64,000 nucleotides of DNA from Ascidiella aspersa (lineage: Eukaryota), in the NCBI GenBank assembly GCA_963924565.1, contig OZ004612.1:7688001-7752000 (forward strand), read 5' to 3'. The notes below the pieces were generated by a model. The model saw only the letters and a program-made list of their open reading frames with translations, ran no database searches and was not told where the DNA came from. Numbering within the stretch: position 1 is the stretch's first letter; each line of letters opens with the position of its first letter. The position numbers were made by a program, and so were the translations under genes. Positions 25,001 to 38,539 of the stretch are shown one piece after another.

Positions 25001-28000
25001 AACTTCGTTTGTGACCCGATTACTCCCTTACATCGTACGTTGGCTGACATTTTTCGATTCGCCTCTTTCGCTGAAGGAGCGTTTGTGGAGAACGCTGTCG
25101 GGTAAATTAATTTTTCACATTAAGATACCTAAACTGAGAATACAGTTTAAATTGTACACAAACATCAAACTAAAGACAAAGTTTGTAGGCCTAAACCTAA
25201 AGTCAGTTTGTTTCGATTTTATTATGATATATATGTTTCACTCCATATTCCAGTCAAGCCATTTTGCCCTAATGAAAGAGCAAATTAAGATTTCTAAGTT
25301 AAGTCATTGGGTTAATTCATAACAACACTGATGGAACACAATAAAATATAAAACAAGGAAAGATTGCGTTAGTTGAAAGAAAACTCTGAGTGCAAACGTA
25401 GCAGAAATGCGTCCACATTTTCGGCTTTTTAAGTATTTGATTTTAGAAAGAATTTGTTTTTACCATCACTGTAGATGCGACGGAAAAGTGGAATGTCTTT
25501 ATTTTGAAGACGAATGCTCCCCTCGGGCAAATTGTAGCACAAGGCTCAAGGTTTGCGACAGCATTCCAATGAAAAAAGTTAGTATGTTAATACCCAAGTG
25601 TTCAACTTTGTTTTGCTAATTTACTGAGAATTATTTTTTCTAACAAGATACTGCATAGTAAACACACATTAAATACAAAGTGAAAGACCGGTATATAATG
25701 AATATGCTGTTGCTGCCAGGCATTGTTTCAATTAAACAATTGTTCTTCCGCCAAAATATTTCCTAAAAAACGTATATATATATATATATATAATGTATAG
25801 CGGTCATGTTCAAATGGCGAATCGCGATCCGGTTCCGGATCTTTTTAGCGTTTTGTGCTGATCTTCTAATGTAGTCTTAAAAAAACAAACTTTCTACAAT
25901 GTTTTCATGTGAATACCAATTTTCAGTGTTAATGAATTTTGTAAAAAATTAAGCATAGAAAGAAACTCCCAAATGCTAAGCTTTGTGAGCGTTTGAGGAA
26001 TTCAGCGACAGAAAACCCAAATTCGATGCTATTGTAAGACCTAAGGTCTAAAACAGGGGTTGGCAACCTACGACCCGCGGGCCGGATGCGCCCCGCCAAT
26101 TGAATTCATTCGGCCCGCCGCCTCTTTGACAAACTAGATACGCGTCCATTTCAAATACTTTTTGACTATTTTAAGTACGTAAGTGCGAAAAAATTTTAAG
26201 CTTCGCGCGAATCATCTCTCTACGCCCCGCTTGTTTACGTTTTGATGCGGTCTTTTGAACTAGATCAGCGCTTCGTTACCGTTAATGGTAAACTTATTCA
26301 AAAATGTTAAACATATATGTTTTTTAACATTTTGTATTTCCGGCAATGTAATAAAAACTTGAAAGAAATTTAAAAGTAATGCAGGCATACCTAAAAAAAA
26401 TCGCGCTCGCTTTGCTCGCCACGTGCGCCCTGACTTATAAAGGTTTACAAACACTAAACAAGATTAAATATTAAAGTTATCGCGTTTACATAAATAAAGC
26501 ACCATAAAAATCAAAGCGTGTCCAAAATGTTTACTATTCGTATTTGATGGATCATCGTGTTGTCAGGTTTGGCTATGTTGGATCATGGCAGAAATCATTT
26601 GAACACCCCTGATGTATAGGGGTACGTTTAACATATTAAAATGAAAAATTATTCTTAACGATAACTATCAGTTTTACATACTGCCAACTATCACATCAAC
26701 TTTAAGTGAAATATTAAATCAGGCATTACAAATCTAACCCTGCCGCTACGCTTTCTTTACCGCCAGATAGTAATTCCCACTTTATGGTCGAAGTTGTACA
26801 ACGCGACAGGCAAGGAAATGAATCGTTTGTGCGGCGGTTTCCAGGAATACGTGCTGGGATATTCAATTTGCAACGGTGTTCAGGAATGTAGCGAAAAGGA
26901 AGACGAGACCGAATGCGATCGTTTCTACTGCGACGCGGGAAAAGTGCCGTGGATCTCAGGTGAAAGCACATAAAAGCACACGACACGAAAGGGAATTACG
27001 TTCCATTTTAGTTGGATTACAAAAGTTCCAGCTTCACTGTTGGCTGTTGATTAGCAAAACCTGCCCCATGCAAGGTCATTAGGTTACCCCGGGTCATTGT
27101 CCTCACCTGGTCTCCAGGTTACCCCAGGTCATTGACTTCATCAGTTCTTCAGGAAGTACAAATACACCTCGAGAAGTCGCAAAGGCCAATATATCCACAT
27201 ATGTCGAATATTTCAAATCCAAAGGCGAAAACTCAGATTGTATTCAACTTAGGGTATTTGGGGGCACACTGAACAAACTCTTGGGTTTGCACAAAACGGA
27301 TTGTAACAGACCGACATAAAATAAGAAACACAACACACACTAGATACAGATATATAAACATTTATTTAGGACCAAGGCCAAAGATTAGTATTCCTTGGTT
27401 GGAACATTGCAATGGAGAGTTCGACTGCAAGGACAAAACGGACGAAATGAACTGCAACAAATCCACCCATTTCTATTGCAAAAACAGAGAGCCTCTGTTT
27501 GTTGATCGCGAAAAGGTATGAGTATCATAACGAACGGCCATAGGTTGGTGGCATTGTGTTTATATTTCTCAAAGTTATAGTTAATACCTTCAACAAACAA
27601 TTTTTAACTAAAACCGTCATCGCCTTTTTATCAATATAAAAATTGAATTTACAAATGGCTGTTCATCAATATTTATAACTATACTAAATGCTGTGAGCCC
27701 TTTCGATAGGAAAGAACCACGTCGCAGAGATAGCGTCACGAAATTACGTCATAACCATAACACCACAAAGTTACATCAAAACGTAAAACGCCATAAAGAT
27801 GTAACCTTAAGTGCTCCAGACAGTTCGTTTAAGTCTTAGGTTGGAGAGGTGTTACTTTCACAGCCAAAGCTACATTACATATAAGCGCACAACCTAAAAG
27901 ACCTTAGAGTCGACTTAATTAAAAACAATTACACTATTACGCACCTTTGAGAGGATCGCCCTTTAACAAAACGTTACAAAAGATAAATGTGTTAACGCCG

Positions 28001-29962
28001 GACTTAATAGTGATTTTGATTTCATGGCGCATCAAACCTTATTTTAACATGTAGCTGTAACGCGAACTTTGGTCCGGGGCCAAAACTGATCCGGTCGGAT
28101 CAATTTTGGCGTTGGAACAGCCGCTAAAACAGGTCCGGCTAGGCCTAAACTGGTCCGGCATAACCCTAACCCTAGCCAGACCTGTTTTTGCGGCTGTTTC
28201 AACGCCAAAATCGATACAACCGGACCAGTTTTGGCCGGACCGATTTGGGCGTGACATAGCCATATATCCCATTAAGAGATGCGATGCTACCTATGCTCTT
28301 GCGGGGGTCCACGCATCAGCAAACCTGCGCCTATATGTGAATTGTTTGACCGAATATGTTTTACCGCATTTTACTCTGTGCGTTTGCACATTTTCACCGT
28401 TTATTCTTACTCTGACCTGATGATGCACTATTGTACAAAAGCTCATTAAAACTAAATACAAATTTTCAAAAGTGCCATTTGTTTTCAGTTTTAGCTTTTA
28501 TTTGGTATCAATTCCTGCAAAGCAATAAAGGCTATTATATCTTTCATCTTTCAGATTGCCAACAACTTCATTTACATCGGTGAAACAAACACCTTAAGCT
28601 AAAACAATGACAAACCTAAACTCTGCTATAGGTGATGTTTTTTTTTAATTTTGTTAGGTCCTTGACGGGAAGATCGATTGCACGGACTCATCCGACGAAT
28701 GTCCGGAGGACTTTGACGATACGAGCGCCGTTTCCTCCAAGACCGAGATGATAAAGTCGCCCGTCCTCCGCGGCTTCGTTTGGCTCATGGCTATTTTAGC
28801 ATTCTTCGGAAATGTCGCCGTGATCTTCAAGACGGTCAGGTTCATTTTCCATTCTCGAAAACGGAAGGCATCGTCTATTTCGATTATTAACAACATCTTT
28901 GTTCTTAACCTCGCCTTTGCCGATTTACTGATGGCCTGTTGCCTTTTCGGCTTGGGCGCCAAGTCGGCTGAATTTTCGGGAAACTATTGCTTGGAAGACT
29001 TGGTCTGGCGAGCGAGTTCTTCTTGCAGTGCGCTGGGAGTGAGCATAGTTTTGTCAAGCGAGGCATCCGTCTTCACACTTATCCTTCTCACGTCTTATCG
29101 CCTCTACGGAGTCCTGTTGCCCTTCAAAAGTCGTCAGCTGAGAGTTAGGGTGGCTGTTGGGTATCTTGCAGCTATTTGGGCAGTTGCTTTGTTTATTGCT
29201 CTCATGCCCTTGAGCGATATTTTATCAACGTATATGGTGACAGACATGCTGATTGCCAAAAGCCCATACTTTAAACGAGGAACGGTGAAACTTTACGAAC
29301 TGGAGCAATTTGCATTGCGCTTAAACGCACTTCAGCCTGGAAATGAGACTTCTAATTTACCGCTGGACTGGGGCGGATTGGTTCAGTTCCTGTCGAAACA
29401 CTTTCCTAATCAAACCACTGATGTTTTAGGCTTTCACGGTTATTACAGCGCTAACGGCGTCTGTATACCTAAGATTTATCGCTTGTCAGGTGACGAGTCA
29501 GGTTTCAACATTTACTCCGCTGTGACAATCACGTTTAGCTTCGTTTCTTTGCTATATATTCTAGTAGCTTATGTCATGATATACCGAAGATCTGCACACA
29601 AACCAGACATTGGTTCAGCTTCGGCTTCTGCACCTAGAAATGCTAAAATACAACGCAAGATCACTTTCCTTATTGCAACCGATATGTGCTGTTGGATGCC
29701 CATCTGTATTATGACTTTTCTAAGTATGGGCGGAATGGTCATGCCCTCCTTCGCTTACGCCTTTTCCGCCGTTATCCTGTTGCCAATTAACAGCGCTTTA
29801 AATCCAATAATTTACTCCGATACATTACCAATCGCTTTAGGTTTTTGTCGAACGCATCTTTCAAAGTTCCGCACCAAGACTAAAGCCGTTGTTTCTGAGC
29901 AGCGATCTCAATCGACAAAAGAAGGCAACTTGCCTTCCCCTTACACAACTTCAGGACTATAG
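22049..29962 (+). CDS. Gene A2: multi-LDLa-repeat GPCR, 1129 aa; join(22049..22115,22271..22420,23482..23604,23799..25101,25475..25577,26767..26959,27370..27515,28658..29962)
   Basis: Same exon lengths (67,150,123,1303,103,193,146,1305) and splice sites as A1, with open frames; intron 5 is enlarged by a MITE. Confidence 0.9.
25801..26611. mobile_element. Composite hAT-type element in A2 intron 5, with an internal second hAT end at 26054
   Basis: 8-bp TSD atgtatag on both sides; degenerate TIR cggtcatgttcaaat / atttgaacacccctg; internal caggggttggcaacct segment related to 13935..14814; absent from A1, A3 and A4. Confidence 0.8.
28056..28256. mobile_element. Palindromic MITE with (TAACCC)n in A2 intron 7
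   Basis: tagc|tgtaacgc...gcgtgaca|tagc; internal inverted arms. Confidence 0.65.
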
Positions 29963-30687
29963 ATTTTTATACTCGCTGTGCAGTGTAGAAGTTTGTTCAA
30001 GATTTGAACTTTTGACTACACGTTAAGGTTGTGATGCTGCAGCGTCTTTTGTTTTATGCAAGTTCAAATGTTGTATTTATTATTCCAGTAGAAAAAAACA
30101 TTTTTGTTATTTTTTGTCTTATGTGAAAATCTGTTTGTAGACTGCATGCACACTCATAGGGTTGTCTTGTGACTATTTACTTCATTTTTTTTTCTGTTGT
30201 TCTAAATATAAGTTATGAGATTATGAGGGTATAGGCTATAAACATTCCGAAACAGACAACGGACTGAGCGATCGTTTTATTGTTTGTAAATAGCACGGTT
30301 ATGTATTCGATTTTAAGGCGTTTTTGTATTAAAATAATAAATTGTATATATGAAGTATTTAATGTGCAGCTAATGCAATAACATATAGCGAGCACACCAT
30401 AACGTCATATGTTAAACCAGGGTTCGGCAACCTACGGCCCGCGGATATAATTCATCCGGCCCGCCGCCTGTTTGACAAATTAGCCACGAGTCCATTTGAC
30501 ATACTTTTTGACTATTTTAGCTACCTAAGTTCGAAAAATTTTCGTGCTTTGCGCGAATGATCTTTTTACATCCGGTTTGTACGTTTTTATGCTGTCTTTT
30601 TAACTAAATCAGCGATACTTTATAGTTGCGCCGTGCAAGACTGCCTATAGTGCGTCGCGGAAAAGTGGAAAACGATATTGATCATAT

Positions 30688-30785
30688 AATAGATAAAAGA
30701 TTCATTCTTTTATTTGCAAACGTTTCGGCAATTTCTTTTGCTTACTGCACTGATGATGGCAAAAGAAATTGCCGAAACGTTTGCA
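30688..30785. mobile_element. 98-bp Penelope-like retroelement remnant (duplicated copy)
   Basis: Identical structure; direct repeats at 30674..30687 and 30786..30799. Confidence 0.65.
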
Positions 30786-30786
30786 G
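30745..30786 (+). ncRNA. Minimal type I hammerhead ribozyme motif (second copy)
   Basis: Identical to 14262..14303. Confidence 0.65.
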
Positions 30787-33042
30787 ATATTGATCATATT
30801 TTTTAACCATTTTTTTTATTTTTTACTTTCAGCAATGTGATAAAACTTGCAAGAAAATGAACAGAAATGCCGGTTTACCAAAAAAAATCGCGCTTGGTTC
30901 GCTCGCCAGGTGCGCCCGAACTTAAAAAACGTTAACCAACTCTTACTTGGATTAACTTTAAATGTTATCGCGTTCACCTTAAAGTAGTCTTATTACACTT
31001 TTCATTAATAATATGGATAACGTGTGAACTCGAATTTTATACCAAACAAACGCTTTTTTTCACGCTTTGCGGCAACACTTTACTGCCTCTTTAAACGGGA
31101 TTATACACGTCTGAAAGTGCAAAAAAGATCCGAGGCCCGCCTGATTCACTGCTGCTCTAACATTTTAATAACACAATTCTTAGTTAACATTTTGTGCGGT
31201 TCACAGAACCTTTCTGAGTTTGGTTTTGACCCGCGACTAGAAAAAGGTTGCCCACCCCTGTATTAAACCTTACTGGGACAAACAAATGACAGACATATAG
31301 GTTTGCAGTTTTTAATTGCACCGTTTTGCCTGTACGGTTGAATGGTCAAACGGTAAAGCTTCCGGCTTACATCAACCAATTAACGGAAGTAAGAAAAACC
31401 TTTAATGGCTAATAGCAACTTGACAGAAGAATTTAAATTAAACTAGCATCATGTTTTAGTGAAACTCGGACAGAATTTCTATGTTTTTTTAGCAAACAGA
31501 AGATAACTGGAAATAAGCCACGTCGACATGGCACCCAATCTGCATTTTTGCTTATATTCCAATGCAAACATCTTTCTCCCTCCGTCATCTAAAATAGTTT
31601 TTGCCAGCTTTAAACAATATAAAGGCGTTTCTTTGACTTTGTGTAAATCGATAACATCTTTGTAATATATCTTTTGTATTGAAAGTAACACATTTCCAAC
31701 CTTACCCCTCAAGGAACAAACAAAAGTCGAACAAAAGATTTTTTTACTTTATTTCAGCTGCATATTAGGAGTTCCACCGAAAACATTATATACATGCATG
31801 TTATCCCAGTTATTACTCCAGTATCCATCCGCGGTGTTTTTTTACTTGTTACGATTGTTAGCACGAGTTGTATAGGCCTGGATTAGGCCAACCTTTAGTC
31901 TATATGTGTATTTAGTTTGCCTTGGTTAAAATACTGTAAGTAAACTTATGTTTTTTAATATTTTAGTAAAAAAATCTTACCATGATTTACACCCAAATCA
32001 AAAATAGTGTTAAATACAAAGAATATTGCCATCCTTACCTCTTAATGACGTTTCGTAATATATTCGCTCATAACGTCAAAAATTATATCAACAAGCCACA
32101 GGGAACACACATAGCCTATATTAGGTATGTGCACAGTCGTCACAGGCAACTTTATGAGTATACACCAGACCTGCACAGCATACGGCCCACGACGTAATAA
32201 CACTTTTCGGTTTACTACTTCTATTCTAAGTAAGTTCGGATTCTAAGTAAGTTCGGGCGCTCACACATAATGGCTGAAAAAAGGCGAATAGTTTAATTAC
32301 GCGTTTAAAAGTTGCAGTGACTGTAAGTGTATAATAATTTAGTGATAGGTCAAATTCGAGGTGCGCAAACTCTTCAGCTCGCAGACGCATTACAGATTCA
32401 GTACTTTGACAAAAAGTAGCATAAAATGCATTAATATGTCGAGAATTGTTGCCACGCCAAAGAGTTTGCACAAAACACAATAGGCGGATCCTGGAGGCAA
32501 CCAGACAATGTCCACTGCAAACTGTTTTTGGACCTATCGCTATTTAAGTAGTACTTTTTAAACCTCTGTTCGTTAGTAATATGTTTTTGTCAGTTTAAAA
32601 AAAAATCTATTTAGCTAAAAAGCGCTATGCATAATATGTCATGTCGCATCGCGTGACTCATCAACTCTACAAAACGCAATTCCTGTTGAATTAGACCGCG
32701 AATGCCAGCAATATGCAAATATCTTTTATGTGCCAAATACGCCACGTATCCCTTTAAATTAAAAGACAAAACGCCAAATTTTCGCCCGATTAGACTAGAT
32801 TTTAGCCTCATATAATGGCGTACGAGTTGCTGGACACGCTACGCACGTTATTTCGAAGTTAACTAAGAATAGATCAATGCCTAATACCTAAATGGTAAAT
32901 AGTTGCATTCATTTAAATAATAAATAATCTCGTCTAACTTGACATAAAACAAAACACGCCATTGCATATGTTGAAGGAAATCAAAATTATACCAAATGTA
33001 ACGAAAAAGTAATTTAGCACAGCTTGCAACAATAATCTAAAC

Positions 33043-33438
33043 CAGTGCTCTTCAACCGGTGTGCACGGTGCACCCTAGGGTGCACCAAAATATGCATGTG
33101 GTGCAACACTACGAAAAGATATACAAGGGGGCATCACAAACGTTTAATGAAGCATTAATATTCAAGATTTTTAATGACAAAACAGTCGTTAAATAGTCTC
33201 TTTGCTATTTTATTAAGTTTGTTTGAATGGTGTTTTAAGACATGCAATATAATATTCGCAAGCAGCCTGCAGCCATAAACTTTCACCGACAGTGTGTAAA
33301 ACTTCGGCAGTTCCGCTCGGTTTAATTGACATGATGATATTTTTTTGACCTCAGTTTACCTTTTAAGTAAACAGGGTGCATGACTTCTCTAGATCAACCT
33401 TAAGGGTTCACCAAACCAAAAAAGGGTAAAGAGCACTG
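33043..33438. mobile_element. hAT MITE at P3 stop codon (duplicate of 953..1347)
   Basis: Same TIRs and TSD. Confidence 0.85.
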
Positions 33439-36400
33439 ATATAAACTGCCGAGGTCGTGTTAGGGGAAGGAAAGTTGCCTTCTTTTGTCGATTGAGATCG
33501 CTCATCAGAAACAACGGGTTTAATGTTCATTCGAAACTTGGATAATTGTTCTCGGCAAAAACCCAAAGCAATCGGTAAGGTATCGGAGTAAATTATTGGA
33601 TTTAAAGGGCTGTTAATTGGCAACAGGATAACGGCGGAAAAGGCGTAAGCGAAGGAGGGCATGACCACTCCGCCCATACTTAGAAAAGTCATAATGCAGA
33701 TGGGCATCCAGCAGCACATATCGGTTGCAATAAGGAAAGTAATCTTGCCTTGCATTGTAGCATTTCTAGCAACAGAATCAGCCACAGAGCGAATGTCTGG
33801 TGTCTGTGCAGATCTTCGGTATATAATTACATATGCTACTAAAATATATAGCAAAGAAACGAAGCTAAACGTGATTGTCACAGCGGAGTAAATGTTGAAA
33901 CCTGACTCGTCGCCTGACAAGCGATAAATCTTAGGTATACAGACGCCATTAGCGCTGTAATAACCGTGAAAGCCTATAACATCAGTGGTTTGATTAGGAA
34001 AGTTTTTCGACAGGAACTGAACCAATCCGCTCCAGTCCAGCGGTAAATTAGAAGTCGCATTTCCAGGCTGAAGCGCGTTTAAGCGCAAAATAAATTGCTC
34101 CAGTTCGTAAAGTTTCACCGTTCCTTGTTGGAAGTAAGGGCTTTTGGCAATCAGCATATCGCTGACCATATACGTTGATAAAATATCGCTTAAAGGCATG
34201 AGAGCAATGAACAAAGCAGCTGCCCAAATAGCTGCAAGACACCCAACAGCCACCCTAACTCTCAACTGACGACTTTTAAAGGGCCAAATGACTCCATAGA
34301 GGCGATAAGACGTTAGAGGGATAAGTGTGAAGACGGATGCCTCGCTCGACAAAACTATGCTCACTCCCAGCGCACTGCAAGAAGAAATCGCTCGCCAAAC
34401 CAATAGTTTCCCGAAAACTCAGCCGGACTTGGCGCCCAAGCCGAAAAGGCAACAGCCCATCAGCAAATCGGCAAAGGCGAGGTTGAGAACAAGAATGTTG
34501 TTGATAACCGAAATAGACGATGCCTCCCGTTTTCGAGAATGGCAAAACGATTTGGACATGTCAAATAACTTTTGCAACCAAACAAAAAAACATTGCTTCA
34601 TCGCTTACAGAACTTGAGTTCAGCGCCCAATTTCTTAAATGGCGGACAATTGCGACAAAATGTCTTGGACAAGGCAAGGTATTTAAACATTTACCTGAAG
34701 TCCACGGAACCCTTCCGGCGTCGCAGTAAAAGTGATCGCATTCAATTTCGTCCTCGCTCTTGCTGCATTCCTGAACACCGTTGCAAATCGACGAACCCAC
34801 CAATCGTCGAACGGTACTCCAGGAAACCTCGGCACTTTCGGTTTATTTCCAAGCCCGTAGCTTTGTATGACTTGGCCCACACAGGAGGCATTACTATCTG
34901 ACGAAAAGAACTGTATTCTAAGGACAATGTCGATTGGCTGCCTGTGCATGAAATTGCAGTGTGTTCGCTTGATATTCCAAGACTTCACTTCGATTTCCTC
35001 TATACTTGTTGGGTCTGAGTAACCTAGTCACAAACTGACCAGCTTTATCCCGACTTTGCGCTACAACTTCTAACCGCCTGAGCGGTAGAAAACGCTCACA
35101 AGACATGTTGTGTTGTGCTGTGAGCATTCGCTGAAAAGCGCAGTTATTCTGGATTTGGGAATGCAAAATAAATCTAACGACATACGCAGGGTTAAAATAT
35201 CGAGGCAATTTTGCCCAGTTTTGATGAAGTCCTGTCGGGCAGTCAATCTCCCTTGTAGAAACATACAGCATTAAGTATAATGGTAGAATCCGCTACGCTA
35301 CGTAAATCTTTGGGTGACATTTAATGTCAGCTAGTATAAACACTAAGTTCGCTCTAAAACTGGGCAATTTATTTATTAGAGTAAGTTAATTTTGTTATTG
35401 TTTGAATCCCATTAAAGGCTTATTAGATGTTAACATACATAAATTTTTGGGTATTCATAATTCAAAACAATTTGTTTACTTAAATGTTTTAGCTTTAATA
35501 GTGGTTTTAGATGCATTTAAAAAATTTTAATAATAATAACCCGTTAGAAAACAAACCTTACTTTTTTCAGTGGAATGCTGTCGCAAATGCTGAGCCTTGT
35601 GCTACAGTTTGCCCGCGGAGAGTATCCGTCATCAAAATAAAAATATTCCACTTTTCTGTCGCATCTATAGATAAAAAAATATTTTTATAGTTAAAAGGAC
35701 AGTTAAAAAACTGTGTCTCAGTATTTGTGCGACTTAAACTGGTATACCGCTATTAGGAATTTGTTTGTTAGGATTAAATTACCCGACACCGTTGTCGACA
35801 AACGCTCCTTCAGCGAACGAAGCCAATTTGAGGATGTCGGCCAAAGTACGATGTAAGGGAGTAATCGGGTCATAAACGAAGTTCTTAGGACTTTTTGCAG
35901 CGACAAGTTTTTGATCTTTAGCGCGATACAACTCGTCTGATTTGGATGTAGGACAATCTCGCGCCATCGCAAAACTTATTTCTTGCCAAACAGTTTGAAT
36001 CGCACTTGAAATGCCCAACGCTGCAGTTACAACACACAGCACCCTGCAGGTCCGTATTGTAACACAGGTTCGAGCAGACTTTAGTGACAGTTGTATTAAA
36101 ACCATTCGAGCAAAGGCACTCGTCAGAGAGGTCTTGACAATCGATTATCCCATCACACAACTGTATCTTGGCCATGATGGTCTTACCGTCCAAGCACAGA
36201 GAGCACAGAAACTCGCCTCTGTCATCGAAGCAAATATCACATCCGTCGTCACACCATGGCAACTGATCGTGTAAGGCCCACTGAGGCACTGAGCAGTATT
36301 TTTGCCGGTGGGCGAGTTTAAAACTAGTTTTTGGCACTTGAAGCCTGGCATCCAAGTAATGTCGTCGGCGCCATCCGGGCAGTGAGTTATCATGTCGCAG

Positions 36401-37060
36401 GAACACTGCCAAGACAGGCAAGTGCTTGGTTGGTTCGGGCAGCGAAACATCTTCGAACCTTGCTCTTTGCAACTCTCAATCTTGTCGCTACAATCTCCAA
36501 GGTTGTCGATTCCGTTGCATAAATACTCAAGAGGAATACGTCGACGCGATGAGGCGCATAAAAATCACCTTTTCATCGCTCCCGTCTGGACCGTCGCTTA
36601 CTTTGTTCCCAATCCAGGTATAAGGAAGGCATCTTCCGCTATTGAGGCAATGAAACTCGTTCTTTCGCTATTGAGGCAATGAAACTCGTATCTGTTGCAT
36701 GCAAGTTGCTCAAGCTCGTCGGAAGAGTTGCCACACTCCGAGTATACGTCTCTTACCCTATACCGCAGCACGCATCTGCCGCTATCTTTGCAGTGAAACT
36801 CAGTTGCGGTATTACAGGAGCTCAACGGCGGCACTTCGTCACTTGCTGTTCCCAGACAATCAGTAATGTTATCGCGGACCCACGCCCGCGGAATGCAACG
36901 CGCCTTCTTTAAGCTACTTCCAGCGGGAAGATGGTAGCGCACCTCCGAGCTTGTGCAGGAATCGAACCCGCGCTCCTCGTCACTCGGATCGCTGTGGGAC
37001 AAAGTGTCGCAATCCCTCTCTCCGTCCATCACCATCCACCTCGGAATGCTGCGGCGAATC
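33408..37060 (-). pseudogene. P3: truncated, frameshifted copy of gene B
   Basis: Shares the 5' truncation, 32-nt deletion, ~1 kb deletion and stop with P1/P2. Lacks the 4-nt deletion but has private indels (duplication near 36637-36689, small deletions near 36300, 36085 and 35958). Confidence 0.9.
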
Positions 37061-38539
37061 ACTATACGATATGCAACGCTATACGATATGTAAACTTATC
37101 AGACAGTTTTAAACACAAGTGTAAAATGAGAACGTTATAAACAGCCAAACTGAGGAAGCTTTCAATAAGTACATATCAATCTAGGAGTGTGGAAGATATG
37201 AAATAATTTATCTATTAAAAGAACAAAAGCAATCAGTACTTACACTGCTCACAGAAAATATTTAGTAAATTCACTCATAAACGAGCGCATTCGACTCCGA
37301 AATATACAGAACGACGCTTGCTATTTATAACGATTTTACTTGCCCTTATATAGCTTACATCGGCCAGATGTTGGTGGCTAATCTTTTGTGACATACGATA
37401 AGTAAAGCGACTTGAAATCAGGCATACAACACACGAAATAAGAACACAGAAAATTCTGGACATTTATCAAAACGCGGCCAAGAGTATGTTGGCAGCTTAA
37501 ATGATGCACCCAGCCAGCCGCTGCATGTTTGGCGTGACCGCTGCCTAATCCTAACAAAATTTTCCGCAACCACTACAACAGTGACAAATCCTGCGATGTC
37601 TCATTGCAAAGTATAACACATAAAGGATAATAATAAAACGCAAAGTGGCATCTGTTTCGGCTTTTACAACATCATAATATCTTACCTCCCAAGACGGAGG
37701 AATCTGAATGACGATGATTTTGTTTTTTATTTCAACGCCTTAAATAGGTCATTTAACTTAATCAAGACCATTTATCATGATAATTTTTTAACTCAAATCG
37801 ATAGTTGGGGCTGGTCCACACAAACTCAAATATAAGTGAACGGCACAGTGTTTTATATTGGTTAATTGTTGTTTTAATATAAAGTCTGTTTAAAATTGTG
37901 TAATGTAGAACGACCGCGGTCTAATAGAACGTTTATGTCAAAATGCCATAAGCTACAGTGGTGTTGATTTTTTACTTATATTTATTTCCTTCTGCTTTGC
38001 ACGGGCGACCTCACAAGACTTTACTTCCTTTCACGTTCAGTTTATTAGAAGGAATTTGAATCAATTTTCGGACTATATTATATTTCATGATACAGACTTA
38101 AGATGACGCCAGTACAAGGAAGTCTTGCGTCGGGCCAATCAAAGTACGAGATGAAAAAAAGGCCGTTAAATGACCCTTCCTTAACATTTCGGTAAACACC
38201 CATAGCTACGTGCAATTGCGCTTGGTGCAGCTAACCACTAACGTCACATTTTCTATGCTTCAACGTGCAAATCGAAACCACAAGTTTATGTTTCCAAAGT
38301 TGCCAGCTTATATTCAAACTTAGCCATATAGTGAGTAGCTTTAAACGATTTAGTTTTTTATACCTTATGCCGCAGCAAATTACGAAGAATAGGTTTTCGT
38401 TCATGAGTTTAGTTCAATTAAATATGGTTTCCTGTTTCAGGGTAAATACCAAGGTTAAAATAAATAATAATAACACCAATCAAAGTACAAGAAAAAACGA
38501 TCAATATTTTAGCTTTCAGCAACAGGCCTATTATACAAC

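Larger units (their letters stand above)
30418..31260. mobile_element. Non-autonomous hAT element downstream of A2
   Basis: Duplicate of 13935..14814 with the same termini and TSD. Confidence 0.85.
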
